A stretch of 50,869 nucleotides of DNA from contig NC_068985.1 of NCBI RefSeq assembly GCF_001194135.2, positions 24,820,677 to 24,871,545 of the forward strand. The letters are read 5' to 3'. The notes beneath the pieces are model-generated. The model made no database searches. It was given only the letters and a program-made list of their open reading frames with translations, and had not been told where the DNA came from. The DNA comes from Octopus bimaculoides. Its lineage: Eukaryota. Shown here piece by piece: positions 13,433 to 25,669 of the stretch; position 1 is the stretch's first letter; each line of letters opens with the position of its first letter. The position numbers and the translations under genes were made by a program.

Positions 13433-14900
13433 TTTGTATGTATGTACGTGTTGTGTGTGAATATGTGTTTATGTGTACGTTCTCTCTCTCCCTCTCTCTC
13501 GCTCTCTCAGACGCAGGGCAAAGTCCCGAGACGTAAAACTCTTAAATCAACTTATCGAACTCTCTCCTCCCACAGATTACTTGTTGTCTACAGAGACCAT
13601 CATCTGTTTCCACTGACTCAGAAGTTTACCCAACATTGCCCGTGTATGTGTTCAGCATCAACAAGAAAGAAGGCCCTATGGTGAGGCTGATGTGTCGGCG
13701 CTAAATCCCATCTATTCGTCTGTCGTTAAGCAACACTAATCTGAGAAATGTGTTTGTTGAAGATGGTTGGGGAAGGGAGCGAAAAGATAAGGTGATCTAC
13801 GCACACCGTGTGGCGGTGGCTGTGGCGGTGATGCCTGTGTGCGTGTGTGTGTGTAAAACGGAGGAGTTAGAAGTTGTTTCCAATTTTCGAAGTGAAAGAA
13901 GCCAAAGCTAGGCAGCCAGAAGAAAAATAAATTGTAATTAATCAACCTACTTGTAGCACTTGGCCGAACTTACTCCCCCGCCACGTACGATGGGGTTGAA
14001 TTCCAAAATAAAAATCAACAGAGTAGCTAGTGTCTATGTAAGAGAAGAGAAAAATCACACTGTGGTTAACGCCGGTACAGGACAGTACCGGGACTGAATG
14101 AAACGTCAAGGCTAACCAAACAGGGCTTGTATCATGATAAAGGAGAGAGTTAGATGAACAGCTAAATTACAAGTAGGTGGGAGGGCCTTACTAGATATCA
14201 TTAGTGAAGCCGTAAGACGAATGGTATGAGTGTAAAAAGCTTGTGAAAGAATAGACTGCGTAAAAAGAAATGAGGTGGGGGGAGAGAAACAGCGCGAAAA
14301 TAAATATATGTTAGAAACAGAAAATACTCAATAAAGAGAGATAAACAAGAAGAAATAATTTCAAAAAGGAGAATATAAGAGATTCTGCAAATATAACAAA
14401 AAGTGATTGAGAAAACCAGGCGGTGGCGTGTAGAAGGGAGAAAGTTAAGTTTGTAAAAGAGAGTTTAAAAGAAAAGTAAAATGTGTGTGAGAGAATGTAT
14501 AAGCACAGAGAACATTGAGAAATTGAGGGACAAATATACTTGATAAAACTTATTTATATAACACAGCCTTAAACAAAACCTGCGCTTGACTTTGAATGAC
14601 AAGATAAAGTATGTAATATCAAATATATAGCTTCAAAGAAAATCACGAGTAATGACTACAGTTTGAGGCGTCTACAACGATATGAATCAGTTTCCACAGA
14701 CACACCAACACACGCCATGTGTCATGTGTTTGTGATCAAATGCGCTTTTTCGTTTCTTGTAGTTATACCGTATTCCAAAAAAAAAGAAAACCGTCCTATG
14801 AAAATCAGCCTAGCAAGTGGGTGTTTCAGGTGCTGCAATGACCCATAAAATGAAATGCAGACATCCTTCTTACACTTCCTTATGTTTAAAAAAAAAATGT
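11880..14900. promoter_or_regulatory. CpG-enriched region, possible internal promoter / 5' UTR zone
   Basis: CG dinucleotides are visibly more frequent in non-repeat sequence here than in flanking unique DNA (by eye, not counted); lies directly upstream of the candidate ATG exon on the minus strand. Confidence 0.35.
13974..14033 (-). other. Possible 60-nt mini-exon (5' UTR or coding)
   Basis: Acceptor ttttctcttctcttacatAG and donor GGA|GTAAGT; phase 0 frame is open (TLATLLIFILEFNPIVRGGG). Confidence 0.28.
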
Positions 14901-14959
14901 AATAAAAATACGATGTAGCATGTTGATGAATAAATGATGTAGAACTATCCGACATATTC

Positions 14960-15405
14960 TCAACAAGTTTGCTTCCCAACCACGGTTCCGAGTAAAGTTC
15001 CACTGCAAGNNNNNNNNNNNNNNNNNNNNNNNNNNNNNNNNNNNNNNNNNNNNNNNNNNNNNNNNNNNNNNNNNNNNNNNNNNNNNNNNNNNNNNNNNNN
15101 NNNNNNNNNNNNNNNNNNNNNNNNNNNNNNNNNNNNNNNNNNNNNNNNNNNNNNNNNNNNNNNNNNNNNNNNNNNNNNNNNNNNNNNNNNNNNNNNNNNN
15201 NNNNNNNNNNNNNNNNNNNNNNNNNNNNNNNNNNNNNNNNNGTGTGTCTGTGTTTGTTCCCCCACCATCGCTTGACAACCGATGCTGGTGTGTTTACGTC
15301 TCCGTAACCTAGCGATTCGGCAAAAAGGGACCGATAGAATAAGTAATAGGCTTACAAAGAATAAGTCCTGGGGTCGATTCGCTCAACTAAAGGCAGTGCT
15401 CCAGT
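14960..15405 (+). mobile_element. SINE family A spanning a gap, tail truncated into SINE B
   Basis: Head fragment, gap, tail up to ggcagtgctccag. Confidence 0.75.
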
Positions 15406-15406
15406 G

Positions 15407-15692
15407 CAGGTATCACTAAAAAGTACCCAGTCCACACTGTAAAGTGGTTGGTGTTTGGAAGGGCATCCAGCTGTAAAAACACCTTGCCAAAACTGACCTC
15501 ACCCGTGCTTGTGCCATGTATAAAGCACTAAGTCCATTCTGCTGGGTAGTTGGTGTTAGGAAGGGCATCCAGCTGTAAAAACCCTGCCAAAACAGTCACA
15601 GAAGTCTGGTGCAGGCTTCAGCCTGGCCGGCTCTTGTGGTACCATTCCACCCATGCTAGCATGGAAGACAAACATTAAATGATGATGATGAT
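15407..15692 (+). mobile_element. SINE family B with internal duplication
   Basis: Two ggtgtt(a/t)ggaagggcatccagctgtaaaa units; (GAT)n tail. Confidence 0.8.
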
Positions 15693-16629
15693 TTTGCCAT
15701 TAAGTTAAACTGTCGTATGTCCACAACTAGATACACAAAATCCTACCCATGCCAGACAGTTTCAGGACGAGTTGTAATGTTCGTCATACTGAAATAAAGA
15801 CTAGTACCAAATCTATTTCTTGTTTCCTCCATCAATTATTATTGTGTGGTGGGGGTTACAGACATACACACGCAATATCATCATCAGTTAACATTACGTT
15901 TACATGCTTCTAGAAGCAGACATTTTCCACACTTAATCTGTGGCTAACACCAATAATTTCTTCTGTTTTACAAATACCCTGTGGTCATTCTTTAATATGT
16001 GTACAATTCAAAAAACATGAAAGCTTTTAACCTCTCAAGTACTTCTTTAAGAGCCTTAAGCACCAAAGGTCAAAAGGCAGTAGAGTTCTAATCACTAAAC
16101 ATAGTCATAATTCTTTTTTTTTTTTTTTATTCTGTGGTTAAAAGGATGTTGTTGAGCAGGCCTATGATCATAGGCATTTGCCATATTCCTTCTGTGGTCA
16201 TCCAGTCGTAGTATATCTAGCACTACATTCTCTAGTGTACCCTTTCTATTTAAGACAGTGTTATGAGGGGAATTTAGTTACTATTTCTAGCTGACTGATT
16301 GTATAGTAGAAGCACTTCTCATTGATTCATTCATATCAATGCTGGAAAATATTAAATATATCGACATTCTTGACAGAGCCAGGTTTCAAATAATTTGGTA
16401 TCGTTGATCTTCACATCCTTCGCATCTACCATATTTGCTGGGATATAACATACACTGTCCTTATTTTTTAATTGATCAAAAATTAGCCCTGCATCTAATG
16501 TGGCTAATATTACAGATGAAAGACTAGGGTGTCATAAATAAGGGAGCTGGATGAACACAAGTTTACTAGGCAAAGAAATTTGTTACTAATAATAGTGAAA
16601 AGAAGCCAAATTATCACAGTCTGTTAGAA

Positions 16630-17330
16630 CTACCAACTACATGGTTCCACTGTGTGACACCTACTATAGCCTCAGGCCGACCAAAGCCCTGTGAGTGGAT
16701 TTGGTAGAAGGAAACTGAAAGAAGCCCGTCGAAGACCCGGCAAGCCAAGTAAGATCGTTGCCAGTGCCCCTGGACTGGTTCTTGTGCGGGTGGCACATGA
16801 GATGCACCATTTTGAGCGTGGCCGTTGCCAGTACCGCCTGACTGGCTCCCGTAGGATTTTCGAGCGAGATCGTTGCCAGTGCCCCTGGACTGGCTTGTGC
16901 GGGTGGCACATAAAAGACACCATTTCNNNNNNNNNNNNNNNNNNNNNNNNNNNNNNNNNNNNNNNNNNNNNNNNNNNNNNNNNNNNNNNNNNNNNNNNNN
17001 NNNNNNNNNNNNNNNNNNNNNNNNNNNNNNNNNNNNNNNNNNNNNNNNNNNNNNNNNNNNNNNNNNNNNNNNNNNNNNNNNNNNNNNNNNNNNNNNNNNN
17101 NNNNNNNNNNNNNNNNNNNNNNNNNNNNNNNNNNNNNNNNNNNNNNNNNNNNNNNNNNNNNNNNNNNNNNNNNNNNNNNNNCCGTAACTTAGTGGTTCGG
17201 CAAAAGAGACCGATAGAATAAGTACTAGGCTTCCAAAGAATAAGTCCTGGGGTCGATTTGCTCGACTAAAGGCGGTGCTCCAGCATGGCCACAGTCAAAT
17301 GACTGAAACAAGTAAAAGAGAATAAAAGAG
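16630..17330 (+). mobile_element. SINE family A with family-B-type GC-rich modules in place of the spacer
   Basis: Head, repeated cgttgccagt...gactggc...gtggcac units, gap, A tail. Confidence 0.75.
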
Positions 17331-17562
17331 AAGAAAGAATTGTTTAAGGTACATCTGCTGTTATGTAGAGAAGTCATATTACCTCGCTGTACCCCGTTCC
17401 CCAGCATATGTAGCCTGCACCTGATATATGAACTACAGTATTTATTGACTGTGTTACCTTAAAGAAACAGTCTCTGATGAATTAAGTCTGGAATCTGTAT
17501 TGATTTTGATAAAGGCATTCCATTTCATGTGTGCCTTTAACGAAATTTTAGGGAAGTTATCA

Positions 17563-17904
17563 TGCTGAGAACCCCTTCGGTCATGACTGACCATGGGATT
17601 GCACCTAGAAAGTTACCCTCCCAGGCACAAGTCCCGGCAAGGTTGCTTTTATGGAAGACCAGCAGTCGCCCATGCATACCAGCCTCCCTTCTCCATGCCA
17701 CCGATGTTATCCAAGGGAAAGGCAAAGGCCGATACAGCTTGACACCTGTAACATCACAACTCATTTCTACAGCTGAGTGAACTGGAGTAACGTGAAATAA
17801 AGTGTCTTGCTCAAGAACACAACATGCAGCCCGGTCTGGGATTCAAACTCACAACCTCACAATCATAAGCTCGAAGCTCTAACCACTGAGCCATGTGCCT
17901 TCAC
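17563..17904 (-). mobile_element. tRNA-derived SINE family C with perfect 13-bp TSD
   Basis: Head GTGAAGGCACATGGCTCAGTGGTTAGAG...GTGAGTTTGAATCCC; TSD AGGGAAGTTATCA at 17550-62 and 17905-17. Confidence 0.9.
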
Positions 17905-18100
17905 AGGGAAGTTATCAACACTCCACTCCTACATTTCTCTATACCCCCATAAAGATAAAAGCTTAACAAACAGCAATTAAATGCTTCGTGGTATCTTGTT
18001 ATATCAACTGTTGAATACAGGGGCTATTTTAGACTCGAGAAGAAACTGAAATCTCATGCAACTTGAACTTAATTGAAGCATGATTTAACATCACTTCTCG

Positions 18101-18470
18101 ACACGGCTGTGTGGTTAAGAAGTTTGCGACCCAACCACATGATTTTAGGTTCGGTCCCACTGTATGGCACCTTGGGCTAGTGTTCTCTACTATAGCTCCA
18201 GACTGACCAAAACCTTGTGAGTGGATTTGGTAGATAGAAACTGAAAGAAGCTCATCATGTGTGCACATGTGTGAGTGTACATACATGTGCATGTGTGTAT
18301 GTGTACATGTGCATGTGGGTGTATGTGTACATGTGTGTCCTTGTCTTCACATCACATAATAGTTGTAGATAAGTATTATCATACAAATACTGTTGTTTGT
18401 TCCAATCAATCCTCAATGAAAAACATAACTGGCCATAAGAAAATATCAGATATCACCTTACTTAGAAACA
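18101..18470 (+). mobile_element. SINE A head with alternative tail
   Basis: Tail ccttgtcttcacatcacataatagttgt, similar to 48550-48620. Confidence 0.6.
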
Positions 18471-18760
18471 GGTAAAAGTAGTGAAAAGGAAAGGCAACAA
18501 GCAGTGGAAAATCCATCAGATTCATGCAATTATGAAAAAGTGGAAGCTAAAATGACAACAATGACAATGGTCATCATGGTGGTGGTGGTGGCGGTGGTCT
18601 AAACCACTGATGCTTAGTTATGGTGACCTGAAAACTAAACAACTTGGCTTACATTTAATTCAAAACAAATAATCACTTATTAAAAAAAATCATGGAAACA
18701 AATCAAAAGTTTACAACAATCTTAATATACTTATGGCTATAACAAATCCATATTCTTCTG

Positions 18761-18793
<33 letters not shown>

Positions 18794-19889
18794 NNNNNNN
18801 NNNNNNNNNNNNNNNNNNNNNNNNNNNNNNNNNNNNNNNNNNNNNNNNNNNNNNNNNNNNNNNNNNNNNNNNNNNNNNNNNNNNNNNNNNNNNNNNNNNN
18901 NNNNNNNNNNNNNNNNNNNNNNNNNNNNNNNNNNNNNNNNNNNNNNNNNNNNNNNNNNNNNNNNNNNNNNNNNNNNNNNNNNNNNNNNNNNNNNNNNNNN
19001 NNNNNNNNNNNNNNNNNNNNNNNNNNNNNNNNNNNNNNNNNNNNNNNNNNNNNNNNNNNNNNNNNNNNNNNNNNNNNNNNNNNNNNNNNNNNNNNNNNNN
19101 NNNNNNNNNNNNNNNNNNNNNNNNNNNNNNNNNNNNNNNNNNNNNNNNNNNNNNNNNNNNNNNNNNNNNNNNNNNNNNNNNNNNNNNNNNNNNNNNNNNN
19201 NNNNNNNNNNNNNNNNNNNNNNNNNNNNNNNNNNNNNNNNNNNNNNNNNNNNNNNNNNNNNNNNNNNNNNNNNNNNNNNNNNNNNNNNNNNNNNNNNNNN
19301 NNNNNNNNNNNNNNNNNNNNNNNNNNNNNNNNNNNNNNNNNNNNNNNNNNNNNNNNNNNNNNNNNNNNNNNNNNNNNNNNNNNNNNNNNNNNNNNNNNNN
19401 NNNNNNNNNNNNNNNNNNNNNNNNNNNNNNNNNNNNNNNNNNNNNNNNNNNNNNNNNNNNNNNNNNNNNNNNNNNNNNNNNNNNNNNNNNNNNNNNNNNN
19501 NNNNNNNNNNNNNNNNNNNNNNNNNNNNNNNNNNNNNNNNNNNNNNNNNNNNNNNNNNNNNNNNNNNNNNNNNNNNNNNNNNNNNNNNNNNNNNNNNNNN
19601 NNNNNNNNNNNNNNNNNNNNNNNNNNNNNNNNNNNNNNNNNNNNNNNNNNNNNNNNNNNNNNNNNNNNNNNNNNNNNNNNNNNNNNNCCCCCAATGTCTT
19701 GTGAGTGAATTTGGTAGATGGAAGCTGTCTGAAAACCTGTTGATTGATTGACTGGTTCAATGAATGAATGAATTGTACAATACACTTTCAAACGCTTCTG
19801 ATAAAAACAAATGTATGTTTGTTTATATATACACACATAGTTGTTCAATAAGCCATTTAGTGTCTAAAATTGGTGGATGAGTGTCAGCG

Positions 19890-19961
19890 GGCAGTTTAGC
19901 ATAAATGGTAAAGCACTCAGCTGATGTCTTGGGAGGTGTGGGTTCAACTCCCATGGCTGTT
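19890..19961 (+). pseudogene. tRNA-like cloverleaf (GAT anticodon), probably pseudogene or SINE head
   Basis: A-box TAGCATAAATGG; T-arm GTGGG-TTCAACT-CCCAT; anticodon loop CTGATGT; acceptor stem mostly G-U pairs; TTTTT at 19972-76. Confidence 0.5.
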
Positions 19962-20059
19962 TGCTGACAACTTTTTCTGCCTTGTAAGAGTAATTTACCC
20001 CTTATTTCTGCTGTTCTCACAGCAATGTTACATTTGAAAAAATATCACCTTCTTGTTTG

Positions 20060-20240
20060 TATAGTGTATATGCATGTATTGTATTGTATGTATGTATGTA
20101 TGCATGCATGTAATGTATGTATGCATGCATTGTATGTATATATGCATGCATTGTATATATGTATACTTGCATTGTATATATGTATGCATGCATTGTATGT
20201 ATGTATGTATGTATGTATGTATGTATATATGTATGTATGT
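20060..20240. repeat. Compound (TATG)/(TGCA) microsatellite
   Basis: Seen directly. Confidence 0.9.
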
Positions 20241-20324
20241 GCATGTGTGTCTTTGTGTTTGTCCTGCCACAACCGCAGAAGCACAAACATTCGGTCTTCT
20301 TTGGTTTCCAGAATCTACCACACC

Positions 20325-20518
20325 CATGCTGGTACCAAGTATAAAGCACCCATGCCAGTGTTACATGAAAGGCATCCAGTGGTTGGCATAAGGAAAGACA
20401 TCCAGCTGTGGAAACCATGTCAAAACGGACAGAACAGTAGTCCGGCTGGTCAGCTCCTATCAAACCATCCAACTCATGCCAGTATGGAAAACGGGTATTA
20501 AATGATGATGATGATGAT
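20325..20518 (+). mobile_element. SINE family B
   Basis: Same core and (GAT)n tail. Confidence 0.7.
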
Positions 20519-21519
20519 TTTACTTCTGAGTTACTTCATCAAGAGAGGCTGTGTGGCAAGAAGTTTGCTTTCCAACTGCATGGTTCAAGGTTCAGTCTCA
20601 CTGTGTTACGCCTTGGATAAGTGTCCGTTATAGACTGGCAAGACCAGGTCAAGACGACTGGAGATGGTGATGGAGGAAGTGGATGACCAAGATGTCTCAC
20701 TAGCCCCATCTGGCTCTCCGCACTTCACAATTTGTTGCTGCAGCCACCCACCCTTCTATTCACCCTTTTGCATTCAGATTATTCTAATAAATGTAATTCT
20801 CATTTGCGGCATTTTGTAACAGACCATCGTAAGCACCAGAACTTAAAAACTGAGAAAAATGCAGTCAAAGTTTTGCAACTTTCAGAATGCAATATCTTAG
20901 CAAGGAATGAAGTTATGAAGCTGGTTTTGGTCTTTAAATGACTGTAAAAACCCTCTCTAATCATTCCACCCATGTAAAATTATTTATTTAAGTATGCATC
21001 TGAAAGATGAAACAAGGACTGCATATTTTTCATTTTATAGAATATACTGGTACTACGAAATGTTGTATCACATTGCATATCTTAGTCATAATTCCAAGAA
21101 AAAACAGAGACCGTGCCCCAAAGGTATTGTTTGTGTTTCAATATACGAAGGTAAGTATCTTTAAGAGATAAGTAAGACAAGATAGGAAGATAATAGACCA
21201 TTATTGTTATGATGGTAATGAGGAATATTAGAAAATGAGCCATAACACCTTGAAAAATGATACGGGGACCACACCATGTGTGCTTATAATGATGTGTTAC
21301 TAAACTCTCTGGTCCGAATTTGAGTGAGTGAGCGCCGTGCCAATAGTGCTAAGGTACAATATTATACAGCCGGATTTTCAACCTTATTGCAAGCGTCACT
21401 GGTTCTTCCTTCCAATTTTTTCAGAGTCTAGACGTCAAGACAAAGAAAATGACATACTAACCTGGGAAATGACTAAGGTGGTGCTTACGACATTCTTACT
21501 AAACGCCTCATTTATTCCC

Positions 21520-21675
21520 ATTGTTTTGAATTAATCATGCATTATCTCATAGCTTTAAGATTTCAATGACATAACTGTATTTTTAGAATAACATTATAGG
21601 ATAGGTATGAGAAGCTGGACTGAATATAAAACAGGTAGAGTATTTGAGCCGGATATGGCCGGTTTAAACACTAAA
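21520..21675 (-). mobile_element. Family F MITE, partial
   Basis: Reverse complement of the family F body (ccggatatggccggtttaaa). Confidence 0.6.
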
Positions 21676-21735
21676 AAGCCAAACTGTGAGGTTTTCTTCC
21701 ATAGTGTCTGCCAGATCCAGTCTGCAGGATCAAAT

Positions 21736-21737
<2 letters not shown>

Positions 21738-21777
<40 letters not shown>
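21738..21777. repeat. (CA)n microsatellite
   Basis: Seen directly; similar runs at 30317-30378, 36540-36600 and 41064-41162. Confidence 0.95.
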
Positions 21778-21781
<4 letters not shown>

Positions 21782-22757
21782 ACTGTACATACCACACATT
21801 GAAACACACAAAATTACTGCTTTCTTTCACTTTCAAATTGCATATTATATGTAATTCAAATGATCCACTAATGAGCTCTGAACTAACTTGCATTTACTCA
21901 ATCAGACACACAGTATACTTCTTATAAGGATATGTAAATATAAGTTCTTAACGATTTTAAAATAACTACTTCATGTCACACTGCAGAGGAGTAAACTGGT
22001 TAAGGGTGACTGAAGAAGAGCTCAGAACTCGGTTGCTGACAACAGGATAAGTTAAGAAACCAGTGATTTATTCTTGAAGAAGATAAGAAAAATAAGTGTT
22101 GTTGATTTTGTAAAGAGAGAAAGCAACGGTTTGAAAACTGGATGTCGGGTTGCTTAAAGGAAATAACTGGCAAATGAAGTTTGTAGATATTGGGTGAAAC
22201 ATAAACTATCACCATTATCAAAAAAATAAAAATTAAAAAAACCATCATCATCAACATCAAAAAAAAAACTAAAAAGGATTTTTGAGAACAATAAGTCTTT
22301 CATGGGCATGAAAGAAAGAAAAGGAAAGAGAAAGAAGGAAAGAAAAGAAAGGAGGGAAGGAAAGAAGGAAAAGAAAGCAGAACAGAATATTTACTGTTTC
22401 ATTTAGTCAAATTATTTGCGAACATCTAAGGAGGCAGAAAATTTTCATGTCACTGTTTAAAAAATAACTCATGGAGCGAGTTAATATATTAGATCATTCT
22501 CCAGGAAAATTTAAGATAAATTTAGTGGGTAAATATTTATGAATTATCATTCTGTTTCTTTTATAATATACATATATATAATTCCAAGAGAGTTAGAGGT
22601 TGTGAATCCAACCAACTAAGGGATAATATCTATTCAATATACTCCTGGTAGAAAACCCAATTATTAATACACAAGTGTTTTTTCATTGCATGGCAATTAC
22701 ACTACTGAATGTAATAAATGGGTTAGGGTAAAAAAGTTGTTTTACCCTTAATTTATA

Positions 22758-23063
22758 CAGCAATAAGAAAATGGAGGGGATCAACTTTTAGACATTATAT
22801 TATGTCTATTTATTAATTTTTAAAAAAGACAATTATAACAATATACATACATGTATAGCATATTATGCTTTACATATATAATACATTAAAAAAATTAGGG
22901 TATTTTTATATTTTTTTATACATTATATATGTAAAGCAATAATACGTTATACATGTATGTTCACTGTTATAATGGTTTTTAAAAAAATAAATAAATAGAC
23001 ATAATATAATGACTAAAAGTTGATGAATACCACCTCTTGATCCCCTCTATTTTCTTATTGCTG
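22758..23063. mobile_element. Foldback / long-TIR MITE
   Basis: Arms of roughly 120-140 bp starting CAGCAATAAGAAAAT(G/A)GAGGGGATCAA; TA on the left, CA on the right. Confidence 0.8.
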
Positions 23064-23360
23064 CATTATCATCATCATCATCGATTAACGTCCTCTTTCC
23101 ATGCTAGCATGGGTTGGACGATTTGACTTAGGACTGGTGAACCAGATGGCTACACCAGGCTCCAATCTGATTTGGCAGAGTTTCTACAGCTGGATGCCCT
23201 TCCTAACGCCAGCCACTCCGAGAGTGTAGTGGGTGCTTTTACGTGACACCGGCACGAAGGCCAGTTAGGAGGTACTGGCAACGGCCACGCTCAAAATGGT
23301 GTATTTTATGTGAGACCTGCACAGGAGCCAGTCCAGCGGTACTGGCAACGAACTCGCTCC
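23064..23360 (-). mobile_element. SINE family B
   Basis: Near-identical to 40061-40437. Confidence 0.85.
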
Positions 23361-23584
23361 TGAAATTTACCAACAGTACAGCTGATGCCCCCCACCCCCA
23401 TTCCTTCCTTTTTTTTTAAAGACTTTTTCACTGTTCACTTCCTGTCCATACTATGTACTGCTTATGCAGTTTTGGTTACATTTTCTGATGAGTTATAGTG
23501 CACCTGAGCACTGTATACAATCAGTTCATTATCATTATTATCATTATTATTATTATTATTAGCTGGCAGAATCATATATATATA

Positions 23585-23757
23585 TGCCAGCGCTATGTAA
23601 AAGTGTCTATGCCGGTGCCACGTAAAAACACCCAGCATTTTGTAAAGTGATTGGTGTTAGGAAGAGCATTCAGCCCAAATGGATCCTGGGCAGCTCTTCA
23701 GCTGGCCAATTCCTGTCATACTGTCCAAACCATACCAGCTGATAATGATGATGATGA
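23585..23757 (+). mobile_element. SINE family B, diverged
   Basis: Core and tail motifs. Confidence 0.65.
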
Positions 23758-24109
23758 AATCTTTCTTGTCTGACAGTCTTGTGATACAATTCCTTTAGGC
23801 AAATTGGAACCTGACCTTTCTATCAAAGTTAGTCACGAAAGGCTAGCATCATGCCAAGAAAGAAGGATAGTTGTTCAGCAAACTGTTTGATGCTATGGGT
23901 AAATAGAATTCAGCACTAAGGCCATGAATGGATCTTTCGAATTTGTCACAAAAGAAAAGATTAGACCAGTTTCTTTTATACAATACATAATTATCTGAGA
24001 GAAGTTCTTTCAGTTAGTTACTACTGACTAACACTTTCTTCTCTGCTAAGTTTACTTTGACATCTCTTCATTCTCAGTTTCACATTACGTTTGGTATTTA
24101 TTCTTTAAA

Positions 24110-24329
24110 CCTTTAGTATTTAAACCGGCCAAATCCAGCTCAAATATTATACATGTTTTACATTCAAACTGGCCATATCTAACCTCTCACACCTAACCTA
24201 CACTAACACTCTAAAAATATACAATCACATCATTGAAACCTCAAAGCTTTTAAGATAATGCATGAGTAATTCAAAACAATTTGAGCGTAAAAGCATTACA
24301 TTTAACAGAGTAATCTGAACACTGTAACG
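24110..24329 (+). mobile_element. Family F MITE
   Basis: cctttagtatttaaaccggcc ... taatctgaacact...g-TTAA. Confidence 0.65.
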
Positions 24330-24341
24330 TTAAATTTTTGA

Positions 24342-24472
24342 CAGCCTCTGCCATGAGAACGAGGTCATTGGCATGCAGGAGTTCTCTCAGAGGCCTTGTT
24401 GTGGGTATAAGATACAGGAAGGGACAGAGAACCATCACTTGGTGGACACCTTGACTACAGACAAAATTCCTC
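24342..24472 (-). mobile_element. RTE RT fragment
   Basis: QGVHQ...PLRELLHANDLVLMAEA is a degenerate GVHQGS...ELLYADDLVLMAE. Confidence 0.75.
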
Positions 24473-25500
24473 ACTCAAATCATTTTGGTATTATCTAATA
24501 CAGTCTAGCATTCAACTAATACTAAACGGAAATGAACAAAAATAATTCTTTTTCATTTATTTCTCCCAAACACAACACACACACATTTTGGGCTAAACAA
24601 AGAAAAACCTGTTCTCAAAGAATGTGAAAGCAAAAACTGCTTAAATGTGTATGAGAGAGAGACGGAGAAAGAGAGAGACAAAAAAAGACAGACAAACAGG
24701 CAGACGGACAGACAGAGAGAGAGACAGAGGGGAGAGGGAGAGAGAGATGGTTGTATTGCATACATGTTTACCCATATACGAAAATGAAGACAGTATCACT
24801 GACTGGCTAACAGATGCTGGACGCTGCTTCTAAAAGATGTAGCAAGCAAGTCAAAAACAACAGAGATAAAAAACTTTCAGTGATATCCTGCTTGGGCATA
24901 TACAACCAGAACACACACTTTAAACATACATATATAAATCAACATTTTATAAACCATTTTCTCATAGGAGATCAGAGTATCCTAACTGCCTATCAAGTAA
25001 TGAATTTACTCAGTTGAAATTCCATGCTTTACAAAATAAAAGTGATTTTGTGTAAACACAGAATTTCAATGAAATAGTTTAAAGAGAGAAAAAACTAAAA
25101 GGAGAAATAGCCAAACTGAAGAGACAGAACGTTCTGCTGAAAAAATATTCAAAATAGTTTTAAATGATTCAATTTCTTAGGGATGTTTTGGTAAATAGGT
25201 GGGGGTGATATTACTAACACTGTCACATCATTGAAGAGTGGGTCAGTAGAATCACATAGAGCCAGCATTCCTGAAAGTAATTATCTATTAGTTTCCTTCC
25301 AATCCTTTCTTTAAATTTAGTCAGGATCTAGAGAGTAAAAACAACACAGCTTTTTTGTTTGGTTTTGTTTTTTATCGATGCCAAAATACAAGGAATGGAC
25401 AGCTTTAAGGTCTTTTTTTTTTAATGTTAGCATGGCTGTAGTATCTTTATTATTCTTACTCACTTTATTTTATATTTATTTACCATTACTTTACATAGAT

Positions 25501-25636
25501 GTAGGCATGGTTGTGCACCCAACCACATGGTTCAAGGTTCAATCCCACTCCATGGTAAAGTGGGCAAGTGCCTTCTACTGTAGCCTGAGACCACCAAAGC
25601 TTTGTGAATGGATTTGGTAGGCAGAAACTGAAAGAT
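25501..25636 (+). mobile_element. SINE family A head, diverged
   Basis: Head motifs recognisable. Confidence 0.7.
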
Positions 25637-25669
25637 GATTGTCATATACATGCGCATGTATATATAAGT

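Noticed and set aside
16740-16926. Regularly repeated GC-rich units that superficially resemble a CRISPR array
   Set aside because: Eukaryotic context, no unique spacers and no cas genes; the units are SINE B internal modules.
20017-20501. ORFs of MYVCMH / THTHTH / IYIYIY type (also at 9.6, 13.4, 30.2, 31.7 and 41.1 kb)
   Set aside because: Translations of microsatellites with no coding signal.
21120-21480. Possible exon from splice-like motifs (GAAG|GTAAGT plus; CCCAG|GTTAGT minus) in a mildly CpG-rich patch
   Set aside because: No matching acceptor/donor pair with an open, recognisable frame.
21985-22200. Purine-rich protein-like stretch (RGVNWLRVTEEELRTRLL)
   Set aside because: Multiple stops and no family motif I can identify; possibly an old TE remnant.
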